From the IMG/VR virus record IMGVR_UViG_2524023210_000007, positions 16,429-80,428 of that record: a stretch of 64,000 nt of DNA; one strand, written 5' to 3'. A program made the translations under genes and the position numbers. Position 1 is the stretch's first letter. Each line of letters begins with the position of its first letter. Positions 45,941-53,086 of the stretch are shown in pieces. Under the pieces are notes generated by a model. That model saw only the letters and a program-made list of their open reading frames with translations, did not search any database and was not told where the DNA came from. Source of the DNA: a virus. Lineage: Duplodnaviria > Heunggongvirae > Uroviricota > Caudoviricetes.

Positions 45941-46498
45941 TCAATAAACCTCGGCACCGATGCAAGCCGCGACGGCCGCGCGATACTCGCCGCCCGCGCG
46001 GTCCATGCGCTGCCAGACCTCCTTGCCGCCGAGCTTGTCGGCCAGCCATGCGAAGTCGGTCACGTAGAGGATGGCGTGCAGCAAGACCCGCTCGCCCGAA
46101 CTGCAGACGCCGTCGCATTGCTTGGCGAGTTTCACGAAACGCCCTTTGTCAGGATCGTTGAACTGCACGATAGAACTTCGGAGATGCCGCCAACTCTGCG
46201 CCGACTCGAGGTATTCGAGAAGACCCATCTTCCGAAAGATGCTGCGCGCCGGCTCACTAGCCTTGAAGCGCTCGAATCTGTGAACGTTCGCGCGTGCGTG
46301 GCCGAGTTCTTCGGCGACGTCGGGCATCCTTGCCCAGGTCCGTCCCGCATTCGTGATCTCGATCATACCGGGGTCGACACGTCGAGCCATCCCGGTATTG
46401 ACGAGAACACGCTCGGGGATGCGGTCGTGATCGGTGCGCGGTCCTTTCATGAGTTCATTGAGCAGCATCTGTTCCTCAGACGTCAGTTGGGTCGACAT
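45941..46498 (-). CDS. hypothetical protein (185 aa)
   Basis: GAGGAGA RBS. Confidence 0.5.
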   Translation of the reverse strand: MSTQLTSEEQMLLNELMKGPRTDHDRIPERVLVNTGMARRVDPGMIEITNAGRTWARMPDVAEELGHARANVHRFERFKASEPARSIFRKMGLLEYLESAQSWRHLRSSIVQFNDPDKGRFVKLAKQCDGVCSSGERVLLHAILYVTDFAWLADKLGGKEVWQRMDRAGGEYRAAVAACIGAEVY

Positions 46499-46515
46499 GG
46501 GTAAATCTCCTCTTC

Positions 46516-46566
46516 AAAATCGGCCGTAGCCGAGGGGAACGGGAAATCGGTCGTAAGCGGGAGGGC
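46516..46566 (-). repeat. boundary repeat family 1, two direct copies
   Basis: between stop of 46577..48877 and RBS of 45941..46498. Confidence 0.6.
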
Positions 46567-46576
46567 GCAGCCGGGG

Positions 46577-48877
46577 CTATCCCGGCGGCCCGTCGATCAC
46601 CACCAGCGCGGTATTCACCATCGTGCCGGCAGACTTGAACGAGCCGGCGGGCAGCGGCCTATATTCGAGAGCGATCGGCTCAAGGCGCGCGCGCTGCCGC
46701 GGGCCGTCGGCGCAGATCGCGACGAGCCGGCCGCCAGGCCGCAAGAACGTGCGGGCGTGCTCAATATGCCGGATATCGTCGCCATCCTTGAATGGCGGGT
46801 TCATCAAGACGCGATCGAACTTGCCGAGCTCGTCCGTGCTGCACTTGAGGAAGTTAGCGCAGTGAATGCGCAGGCCGCTAACTGGCGCACTGGCCAGGGC
46901 CTGCACCAATTGCGGGTTGATCTCGACCGCCACCTTATCGGGCGCTGGACCAATCGCCCGGAGGAGGGCGCCGGTTCCAGCGCTCGGCTCCAGGACACGA
47001 TGATCGGGCTCGATCTCGGCGAACTCGACGACGTCAGCGGCCAGCCTCGGCGGCGTTTCGAACAATTGCGGTGCGACGACAACTTGCACGCCGCCGCCGC
47101 GCAGCACCGCCCGCATGGCCTCAAAATCAGCCGTAGGCGAGGGAGGCGGCAAATCGGCCGTATCCGGGAGAGGGTCGAGCGCGGGCGCATCCGGCAGGCT
47201 GCAATCCAACGCGCTGCGCAACTCGTCGATCTTAACCCATCTCCACCCTTTGCTGCCATTAAGGCAGGCGGTTTTCAGCTCAACAAAACCATCCTCGGTT
47301 CGAAGCACTTCGCAAGACTCGCCTTGAAAAGTGAAGCGGTCGCCTTTGGTGAAAGCGAGCGCGGCCGCATCCAGGGTCATCGCCCGCGGGACAGGGTGCG
47401 GCTCGGCCATGATCTCGCCGACCGTCGCCAGCATGTCGTCAAGATCGACCGCGGGCGGCGCGACATACACCGCCACGAATTCGGCCGGCTCCTTCGGCTC
47501 CGCGGGCCGCGCGATCTTGGGCGGGTCGACGCGCTTTGCATCCGTGATGAAAACTTGCTGTTTCTTCCAGAACTCGCCAGGCACCGGCATTTGGCGGACA
47601 CGGTGCGCGCCGTGGGTCTCGGTCTCCTTCACCTTGCCGATATACGGGAAATCAGAGAACTGCCGGCGCGCCTTCCATTCGGCTTCCGTCATCTCGCGGA
47701 ATCCCTCGCCAGGATAGTTGCAGATCGGCGGGAGCTTGGCGGCGGCCTTCGCCGCGGCGACGTTCTCCGCGCTCGGTGCCCGATAATCGCGGATGCTTTC
47801 CACGCTCCAGCGCGCTTGCTTGGAGCGCGATCCGGCCGGCGCGGTCGTCGTCATGCTGGAAACCGAACCGTTGGCGCCCCTGTTGACCTTCAGCACCGTA
47901 AGCCATTCGTCGCCGCGGCGGGTCTGCACCTGACCGCCGACCGCGAAGGCGAAGCGGTCCGCAAGCGGGTTGGCAGTCGCCTCCGTGCCGATCTGCTCGG
48001 CCAACATCGCCCGTTCATAGGCCAGCCGGTTGTCATAGTGCGCCATCCAACGGTCCCGCCGAGGCCCTGAGCGTTCCAGGCTCGGAATCGCAATGGCGGC
48101 AGCCTGCGCGGCGGTGATGACGTTCCCGTCAATCGCCGACCAAAGGCCCATCGGTCCCTCATACTGCGAGGCCGGCGGGTCGCGCGGATAGTCGGCCAGC
48201 GGAAACGACATCGACCAATAACCGCCGATGTTGGCCACGGCCAAACCGGCGGCGCGCTGCCTCCCGGGGTCCGTGATGCCGGCGACGATCTGCCAGCCCT
48301 TCAGCTGCCTTTCGGTCTCCGCCTGCTGCTTCTCCAGCTTCCGCTTGTCGGACTCAATGCCCTTGATGCGGCGATGACGCACCGCCGGCAACTCCTTATA
48401 CTTCGCATGAGCGAGGGCGCCGGCGGCTCGCGCCGTCCAATAATTCGAGGTGTCCCAGAGTTTCAGCGCCTTCCGCATGCCGTTGTCCATGCGTTCTTTG
48501 TCTTTTCGCGCGCTCTTCTCCGAGTGATGGCCGACGAGGATGGGCTGCCCAAACGCGAAGCGTTCGGCGATTTGGTCGACCGCGTCGCGGGCGCGGTTGG
48601 CTTCGGCCAAGCGCTTGTCGCTGTACTCCTCGAAGCGGTCGGCGCGCTGCTCGGCGCGATCTACAAGGCTTGTGTCCTCGTCGCCGATCTCACCGCAGAG
48701 CTCAATCAGCAAATCTTCCCGGCTTGGCGTCCAGGTCGGCGCGACGAAAAGCCCCTGTTTCGGCGCCCACTTGAAGCCGGCGGCTTTCACGCGCGCGTAT
48801 GTCTCGGGATCGAGGCGCGAGACGGAATAGAGGCGAAGGCGGTTGTCGTCAGGGCAATAAGTAGCAGTCATGGTCAT
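46577..48877 (-). CDS. large fusion protein: ~600-aa conserved N-terminal region (ICE/plasmid-type, DUF3560-like?) + C-terminal gamma-class N6-adenine MTase
   Basis: C-terminus: motif I VLEPSAGTGALL, motif IV NPPF; AAAGGAG RBS 8 nt before ATG (MTMTATY); family-1 repeat pair encoded in-frame as linker. Confidence 0.6.
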   Translation of the reverse strand: MTMTATYCPDDNRLRLYSVSRLDPETYARVKAAGFKWAPKQGLFVAPTWTPSREDLLIELCGEIGDEDTSLVDRAEQRADRFEEYSDKRLAEANRARDAVDQIAERFAFGQPILVGHHSEKSARKDKERMDNGMRKALKLWDTSNYWTARAAGALAHAKYKELPAVRHRRIKGIESDKRKLEKQQAETERQLKGWQIVAGITDPGRQRAAGLAVANIGGYWSMSFPLADYPRDPPASQYEGPMGLWSAIDGNVITAAQAAAIAIPSLERSGPRRDRWMAHYDNRLAYERAMLAEQIGTEATANPLADRFAFAVGGQVQTRRGDEWLTVLKVNRGANGSVSSMTTTAPAGSRSKQARWSVESIRDYRAPSAENVAAAKAAAKLPPICNYPGEGFREMTEAEWKARRQFSDFPYIGKVKETETHGAHRVRQMPVPGEFWKKQQVFITDAKRVDPPKIARPAEPKEPAEFVAVYVAPPAVDLDDMLATVGEIMAEPHPVPRAMTLDAAALAFTKGDRFTFQGESCEVLRTEDGFVELKTACLNGSKGWRWVKIDELRSALDCSLPDAPALDPLPDTADLPPPSPTADFEAMRAVLRGGGVQVVVAPQLFETPPRLAADVVEFAEIEPDHRVLEPSAGTGALLRAIGPAPDKVAVEINPQLVQALASAPVSGLRIHCANFLKCSTDELGKFDRVLMNPPFKDGDDIRHIEHARTFLRPGGRLVAICADGPRQRARLEPIALEYRPLPAGSFKSAGTMVNTALVVIDGPPG
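47123..47174 (-). repeat. boundary repeat family 1 pair embedded in-frame inside the fusion ORF
   Basis: encodes ...LDPLPDTADLPPPSPTADFEAMRAV... just upstream of the MTase domain; coordinates approximate. Confidence 0.5.
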
Positions 48878-48896
48878 AGTGGTTGCTCCTTTCATC

Positions 48897-48912
48897 TTGC
48901 GCACAATCGCGC
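48897..48912 (-). repeat. palindromic repeat family 2 (TTGCGCACAATCGCGC) upstream of RBS
   Basis: 12-28 nt upstream of the 46577..48877 start, directly 5' of its SD. Confidence 0.55.
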
Positions 48913-48919
48913 TTTTCGG

Positions 48920-48977
48920 GAATCAGCCGTGACCGGGAGTCGCGGCTATCAACGGGAAATCAGCCGTAGCGGAGGCC
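48920..48977 (-). repeat. boundary repeat family 1, two direct copies
   Basis: begin immediately after the TAG of micro-ORF 48978..49085. Confidence 0.6.
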
Positions 48978-49085
48978 CTAGCGCAGGGCCTCGCACTGTT
49001 CGATATGGCGGACGATCAAATAGAACGGCCGCAACTGGTGACAGTGGGGACAACGCAATTTGCGTGGTTGCGGTTTGCGCGTCAT
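48978..49085 (-). CDS. micro-ORF, 35-aa zinc-ribbon-like peptide
   Basis: MTRKPQPRKLRCPHCHQLRPFYLIVRHIEQCEALR; stop abuts a family-1 repeat as at other gene boundaries; no clear SD. Confidence 0.3.
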   Translation of the reverse strand: MTRKPQPRKLRCPHCHQLRPFYLIVRHIEQCEALR

Positions 49086-49103
49086 GGCAGCGGCACCGGA
49101 CCG

Positions 49104-49442
49104 TCAAGACGTGAGGCGCGTGCGAAGTCCCTCGCGAATTGAACGCGGCCATTCCGGAGGCCCCGCAGATACATGAATCGGTGGTGCGCGATCATGTTGA
49201 CGAGGCCGAACGGGGTGAGGGCCGTTGTAGCAATTCATCCCGCCCCATGTCGCTTCAAGGTAGATACGGCGCCGGAAGGTTCCGCATTCGATATAGATCG
49301 TTCGGCCGACGCGCGAGGGGTGGCGCCGGGCCAGGCGCATTGCTGTTGAGGCCGCGCGCCATTCCGATTGTGAGCGCGGCGCCGGCCTCGACTTCAAAGC
49401 GTCGCACATTTCCGAGAACGTCGATTCAGGTTTACGTTTCAT
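49104..49442 (-). CDS. hypothetical protein (112 aa)
   Basis: internal ATG 12 nt after stop of upstream gene; R-rich, so uncertain. Confidence 0.3.
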   Translation of the reverse strand: MKRKPESTFSEMCDALKSRPAPRSQSEWRAASTAMRLARRHPSRVGRTIYIECGTFRRRIYLEATWGGMNCYNGPHPVRPRQHDRAPPIHVSAGPPEWPRSIREGLRTRLTS

Positions 49443-49453
49443 CGGCGCCACCG

Positions 49454-50017
49454 TCAGGCCGCAAGCCGAATTGCGCAGGAAGGCGCAACCGGGACACGCG
49501 CCATAACGGGCACAAGGCAAGACGTGCGCAGGATCCTGCCCGGGATCTTGAGAGAAGGCGCAACCGGGACCGGTACCGCTTCCGGAATTATCTCCTCAAC
49601 CGGTTCGGCGGGCTGCCAATCCCAATTGGGAATCTCGATCCGCGACACGACGTCCCAATGGTGCGTTGTGCAGGCGGTGCGGCCGTAGCCGCTGGACGTG
49701 GTCCGACGCTTGCCGAATTCGACCGCACGGACACGCTTTTGCAACTTGCCATTTGGGCCGGTCACGCTGGACCAATCCACCACATACTCAAGCCCCGCCG
49801 GAATCTCGATTGCATCGCGGCGCGCCAGCCAATGCGCGTACGCGACCGCATGCCGCGCGTTCAAGTCATCGGCGGAAACGCCGCCGGTGCTGCGCGTGAC
49901 TTTCGAGCTATGCCGGACCTTGTGCCGCTTGTCGTTAGCGGAAGGCACCCAACGCTTTTCCGGAAGCGGGCCGTGAATCGTCGGATGGTCGAAAAAATCA
50001 TAGAACAGCCATGCCAT
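49454..50017 (-). CDS. hypothetical protein (187 aa) with internal VPVAPS direct repeat
   Basis: AAAGAGGAG RBS preceded by family-2 palindrome. Confidence 0.45.
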   Translation of the reverse strand: MAWLFYDFFDHPTIHGPLPEKRWVPSANDKRHKVRHSSKVTRSTGGVSADDLNARHAVAYAHWLARRDAIEIPAGLEYVVDWSSVTGPNGKLQKRVRAVEFGKRRTTSSGYGRTACTTHHWDVVSRIEIPNWDWQPAEPVEEIIPEAVPVPVAPSLKIPGRILRTSCLVPVMARVPVAPSCAIRLAA

Positions 50018-50038
50018 GCTAGATTGCTCCTCTTTCAG

Positions 50039-50055
50039 TTGCGCACAATCGCGCG
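50039..50055 (-). repeat. palindromic repeat family 2
   Basis: TTGCGCACAATCGCGCG immediately 5' of the SD of gene 49454..50017. Confidence 0.55.
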
Positions 50056-50079
50056 GTTTGAATCGTCGAAACGGTGCGG

Positions 50080-50283
50080 CTAGGCTGCCAACTCAACCGG
50101 CCGATAAGCCGTGCACCAATGCGGCCCGACGATGTAACCGCAGTGCACGGCGCTACCGTCCGGCTTGTCGCGGTACATTTTCGCGACCCGTCCGCCGCCG
50201 ATCTTGCTACGCAGCTCCGCAATGGTGCTGGCGCCCCAGCGGTTGCCGAATTGGTCTACGTAGAGAGTCCAAATTCCGCGCAT
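50080..50283 (-). CDS. small hypothetical protein (67 aa)
   Basis: AAAGGA RBS after family-2 palindrome; MRGIWTLYVDQFGNRWG... Confidence 0.45.
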   Translation of the reverse strand: MRGIWTLYVDQFGNRWGASTIAELRSKIGGGRVAKMYRDKPDGSAVHCGYIVGPHWCTAYRPVELAA

Positions 50284-50300
50284 GTCAGTATCCTTTCGAG

Positions 50301-50317
50301 TTGCGCACAATCGCGCG
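50301..50317 (-). repeat. palindromic repeat family 2
   Basis: TTGCGCACAATCGCGCG 5' of the SD of gene 50080..50283. Confidence 0.55.
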
Positions 50318-50374
50318 TTGGCCCGCTTTGGCGTTCCGTGCTGCGCTGGGCCAGGCCAGCGCAGTATCGCAACG

Positions 50375-50827
50375 TCAAGACATGGGAAGGCGGGAAATGT
50401 CGCGGAGTTGCGAGGCCGCGCATTCCGCTGCATCGCGAGTTGTGCAGTCTGTGATTGCTTGCGCCTCGCCGGAATGATGGCGAGCGTAAATCGTCCAGAA
50501 TTCGGCTTCACTGTTGGACTTCCCGCCGATGGTGAACGTGTCGCCATTTTCTTCCGTCTCGGTGACGCATCCGCCGATTTCCAGCGACTTGAATTGCGAC
50601 CAATCGGGCGCAATCTGGCCAGAGCAGCAATTGTAAAGAAACGAATTCGGCCGCGCCAAATAGATGCCGGCGGCGCCCTGCCATGTTGTCTCGCCGTTAT
50701 CCCATTTGACTTGAAGCGGTCCGTTCGCATTGTCGCGGACATCGACAACGATTCCCAAATCGCGGTCATCGGTGCCATTCGTGACGCGTGCGCCTATCGG
50801 CGGAAGGTGGGAGTTCTGCAGGTCCAT
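50375..50827 (-). CDS. hypothetical protein (150 aa), N/D/T-rich
   Basis: track ORF; GGGGA SD-like; natural composition. Confidence 0.5.
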   Translation of the reverse strand: MDLQNSHLPPIGARVTNGTDDRDLGIVVDVRDNANGPLQVKWDNGETTWQGAAGIYLARPNSFLYNCCSGQIAPDWSQFKSLEIGGCVTETEENGDTFTIGGKSNSEAEFWTIYARHHSGEAQAITDCTTRDAAECAASQLRDISRLPMS

Positions 50828-50932
50828 TTAGCGTCCCCTATGGGATGAATAGAATCCGGATCATGAGCAGCGCAAGGCCAGCGTCACTAACGATGTAGAG
50901 AAGGCGTGCCAGCCTTGCGAGGTGATAGGCCT

Positions 50933-51037
50933 TCACAGGCACGAATTCAGAAACGCGCGCTTACCGTGGCTCAATGCGGCGCGGCGAGTCCGCTTATCAA
51001 TCGGCTTGCGGTCGGAATCGTGGCGACGATACTTCAT
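50933..51037 (-). CDS. micro-ORF, 34-aa basic peptide
   Basis: AAAGGGAAA RBS after family-2 palindrome; MKYRRHDSDRKPIDKRTRRAALSHGKRAFLNSCL. Confidence 0.35.
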   Translation of the reverse strand: MKYRRHDSDRKPIDKRTRRAALSHGKRAFLNSCL

Positions 51038-51056
51038 AGCGGTTTCCCTTTCATGG

Positions 51057-51071
51057 TTGCGCAATTGCGCG
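51057..51071 (-). repeat. palindromic repeat family 2 (perfect GCGCAATTGCGC core)
   Basis: 5' of the SD of micro-ORF 50933..51037. Confidence 0.55.
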
Positions 51072-51125
51072 GTTCGGCGGTTGCCGATCATGCCCGGGAC
51101 AAGCCCGGGCATGGGCTGCAATCGC

Positions 51126-52004
51126 TTAGGCCGCGAGCGGAGCGGCGCCCTTGAGCTCCGCCATTTTCGCCGCGAGAGTGAAAAGAGCGCGGTTCAGTTT
51201 CACGTCTTGATCGATACCATTGACGGCGCGCGTGGTGACGCGGCGAGGGCGATTGTTAGCGTCACGGCCGCGCGCTGTGAGTCCGCCGCGAATGACGTTT
51301 TCCTGAACGACGTTAAACGTGGTCCAAAGGTCCGACGCGGTGTCATCACGGCGCCGCGGGCGGAGCAGTTGCGCGGGCTGAATCGGCGTATTGGTTTCGC
51401 CTTCCGCGTCGCCAAACCGCAGAACGTGCGCGGACTCCGCCAGCACTTGCTTTTCGTCGCTGTTGAGGGCCAGGCGCGCCCAGTCCTGCGGCGCCGCAAG
51501 CGCCTTCTGTGCTTCGCCCAAAACCCGATACGTGCCCTCGATCACCTTGTGCGAAACGTCCTGCGCGGTGCCGGTATGGCGGACCTTCACGGAATCGATG
51601 GTGCCGACTTGTGCCACAAGGCTGTTGAGGCAACGGACGCGGAAAAGTCCCGCGATCAGGTCATAGGCTGACGTTCCGTCATTCGCGTTCTTGAGGAGGA
51701 TTTCGCAGACGGTGTCACCGACGCTATACGCCGCGGCGTTGTCGAGACGGCGGAGACGGATAAGATGCTTCGTGAAGTCGCGGCGATCATCGATCCGCGC
51801 GACGCTCTGCTTTGCGCCGACAGGCTGGAAGCCCTCCGCCATCAGCGCGCGCAGCACGTCGAAAGTCGGGATTGGCTGAAAACGGTCAGAACGCGAGTGG
51901 TGCGCGTCAACCGCGAAAACGGACGGCGCCAGCTTGCGCAATTCGGTTTCGGTCAGGGCGCGGGCGGAGTCATCGAAGCGGGCGGTTGAGGTGTAGACGG
52001 TCAT
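51126..52004 (-). CDS. conserved phage/plasmid-associated protein (DUF932-like?)
   Basis: track ORF (292 aa); AAAAGGAAG RBS after family-2 palindrome; family assignment from memory only. Confidence 0.5.
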   Translation of the reverse strand: MTVYTSTARFDDSARALTETELRKLAPSVFAVDAHHSRSDRFQPIPTFDVLRALMAEGFQPVGAKQSVARIDDRRDFTKHLIRLRRLDNAAAYSVGDTVCEILLKNANDGTSAYDLIAGLFRVRCLNSLVAQVGTIDSVKVRHTGTAQDVSHKVIEGTYRVLGEAQKALAAPQDWARLALNSDEKQVLAESAHVLRFGDAEGETNTPIQPAQLLRPRRRDDTASDLWTTFNVVQENVIRGGLTARGRDANNRPRRVTTRAVNGIDQDVKLNRALFTLAAKMAELKGAAPLAA

Positions 52005-52023
52005 TGCAGATACTTCCTTTTCA

Positions 52024-52041
52024 GGTGCGCACTATTGCGCG
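52024..52041 (-). repeat. palindromic repeat family 2
   Basis: GGTGCGCACTATTGCGCG 5' of the SD of gene 51126..52004. Confidence 0.55.
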
Positions 52042-52095
52042 GTTTCGGCGATTTGCCGGTTATGCCGTGGCGTGCACGGCATAGGCTGCAAATCG

Positions 52096-52167
52096 TCAGA
52101 TACAGCACGCCACGATGACGAATGTGCCGACGCTGGCGAAGAGGAGAAAAAGCAAAAAGTCTTTCAT
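52096..52167 (-). CDS. micro-ORF, 23-aa hydrophobic peptide
   Basis: MKDFLLFLLFASVGTFVIVACCI; AAAGGTAAG SD after family-2 palindrome; coordinates approximate. Confidence 0.3.
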   Translation of the reverse strand: MKDFLLFLLFASVGTFVIVACCI

Positions 52168-52182
52168 GATCTTACCTTTCGA

Positions 52183-52200
52183 ATTGCGCACTATTGCGCG
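52183..52200 (-). repeat. palindromic repeat family 2
   Basis: ATTGCGCACTATTGCGCG 5' of micro-ORF 52096..52167. Confidence 0.5.
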
Positions 52201-52209
52201 GGTCGAAGC

Positions 52210-52377
52210 TTAGCGGCGGGAACGGCGCGCGCGGTGGCGGATCGCCCGGCGGCGCCGCGGTAGCGGTTCACTGTACTCGAAAACAAAAAGGACGATTAGG
52301 CCCAACGCGGCCAGGATGAGCAGGACGAAAACCGGAAACATCGGGTTGGCGATGCAGAAGGAAATGAGAGCGTTCAT
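52210..52377 (-). CDS. small membrane protein (55 aa) with poly-Arg tail
   Basis: MNALISFCIANPMFPVFVLLILAALGLIVLFVF...RRRRAIRHRARRSRR; family-2 palindrome upstream. Confidence 0.4.
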   Translation of the reverse strand: MNALISFCIANPMFPVFVLLILAALGLIVLFVFEYSEPLPRRRRAIRHRARRSRR

Positions 52378-52395
52378 TTCGCCGGGCCTTTGGAG

Positions 52396-52411
52396 TTGCG
52401 CACAATCGCGC
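52396..52411 (-). repeat. palindromic repeat family 2
   Basis: TTGCGCACAATCGCGC 5' of gene 52210..52377. Confidence 0.55.
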
Positions 52412-52451
52412 TTGAGAGAGTGGCGCGGCCGATTGACCGCGCCGGTAGTCC

Positions 52452-52631
52452 TTACTTGATTCCGAAAATCCAGAACGGGTTGGTTTCCGTCTGGGCGGGT
52501 TGCAGAGCGGCCGGCTTGCTCTTCTGTTCCTCCTCGATGTTGCGGCAGAGCATTTCGAGATAGCCGATGGTGCCAAGGCCTTGAGTGAAGTCGGGGCAGG
52601 GCGGAAGGTCTTTGGTCTTGATGACGGCCAT
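52452..52631 (-). CDS. small hypothetical protein (59 aa)
   Basis: AAAAAGGGAAAA RBS after family-2 palindrome; MAVIKTKDLPPCPDFTQGLGTIGYLEMLCRNIEEEQ... Confidence 0.45.
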   Translation of the reverse strand: MAVIKTKDLPPCPDFTQGLGTIGYLEMLCRNIEEEQKSKPAALQPAQTETNPFWIFGIK

Positions 52632-52651
52632 AGTCGTTTTCCCTTTTTCGG

Positions 52652-52668
52652 TTGCGCACAATTGCGCG
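52652..52668 (-). repeat. palindromic repeat family 2
   Basis: TTGCGCACAATTGCGCG 5' of gene 52452..52631. Confidence 0.55.
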
Positions 52669-52765
52669 TTCAGTGAAAGCACCATACAGGACCGGCCGGC
52701 CGTGTCAACAGGCAAAACGCAAAAAAGTGACGTTCGGCCGAAAAAAGTTAGTTCGGCGTCACAGA

Positions 52766-53086
52766 TCAGGGATGCAGCGCGCGGTACTGCGCCAGCAATT
52801 TGCCTGCCCGCTCAATGAATTGCCAGCTGTCGCCGGCCGAGATGCCGAGCTCCACCGCCCTGCAGCGCAGCGCGACGTCAGGGCCGGCGCCCATGGCGCG
52901 GTAGATCGCTATCGAGTTCGGCGAGGCGAAAATGGCGCGCGCCGCGGCGTTATTGGACAGGCCTAGCCGGTCCTGCCAGGCCACGAAGTCGGCCGCGCTG
53001 ATTCGCAGTGACGCGTCACCAGATGCAAAATCGCGCTTTTGCGGCGCTCGGACGTCGGCCGACTTTGTCGCGCTTTTCCTCGCCAT
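52766..53086 (-). CDS. putative HTH DNA-binding protein (first gene of leftward island)
   Basis: LGLSNNAAARAIFASPNSIAIYRAM HTH-like; track ORF. Confidence 0.4.
   Translation of the reverse strand: MARKSATKSADVRAPQKRDFASGDASLRISAADFVAWQDRLGLSNNAAARAIFASPNSIAIYRAMGAGPDVALRCRAVELGISAGDSWQFIERAGKLLAQYRALHP

Noticed and set aside
43805-48977. Family-1 repeats as a CRISPR array
   Set aside because: The 'spacers' are whole genes of very different lengths. The repeats are imperfect and only ~22 bp. No cas genes or leader are present.
48897-52668. Family-2 palindrome as a LexA/SOS box or CtrA box
   Set aside because: It does not match the GTTC-N7-GTTC/GAAC-N7-GTTC alphaproteobacterial SOS box or TTAA-N7-TTAA. 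No GANTC core is present either.
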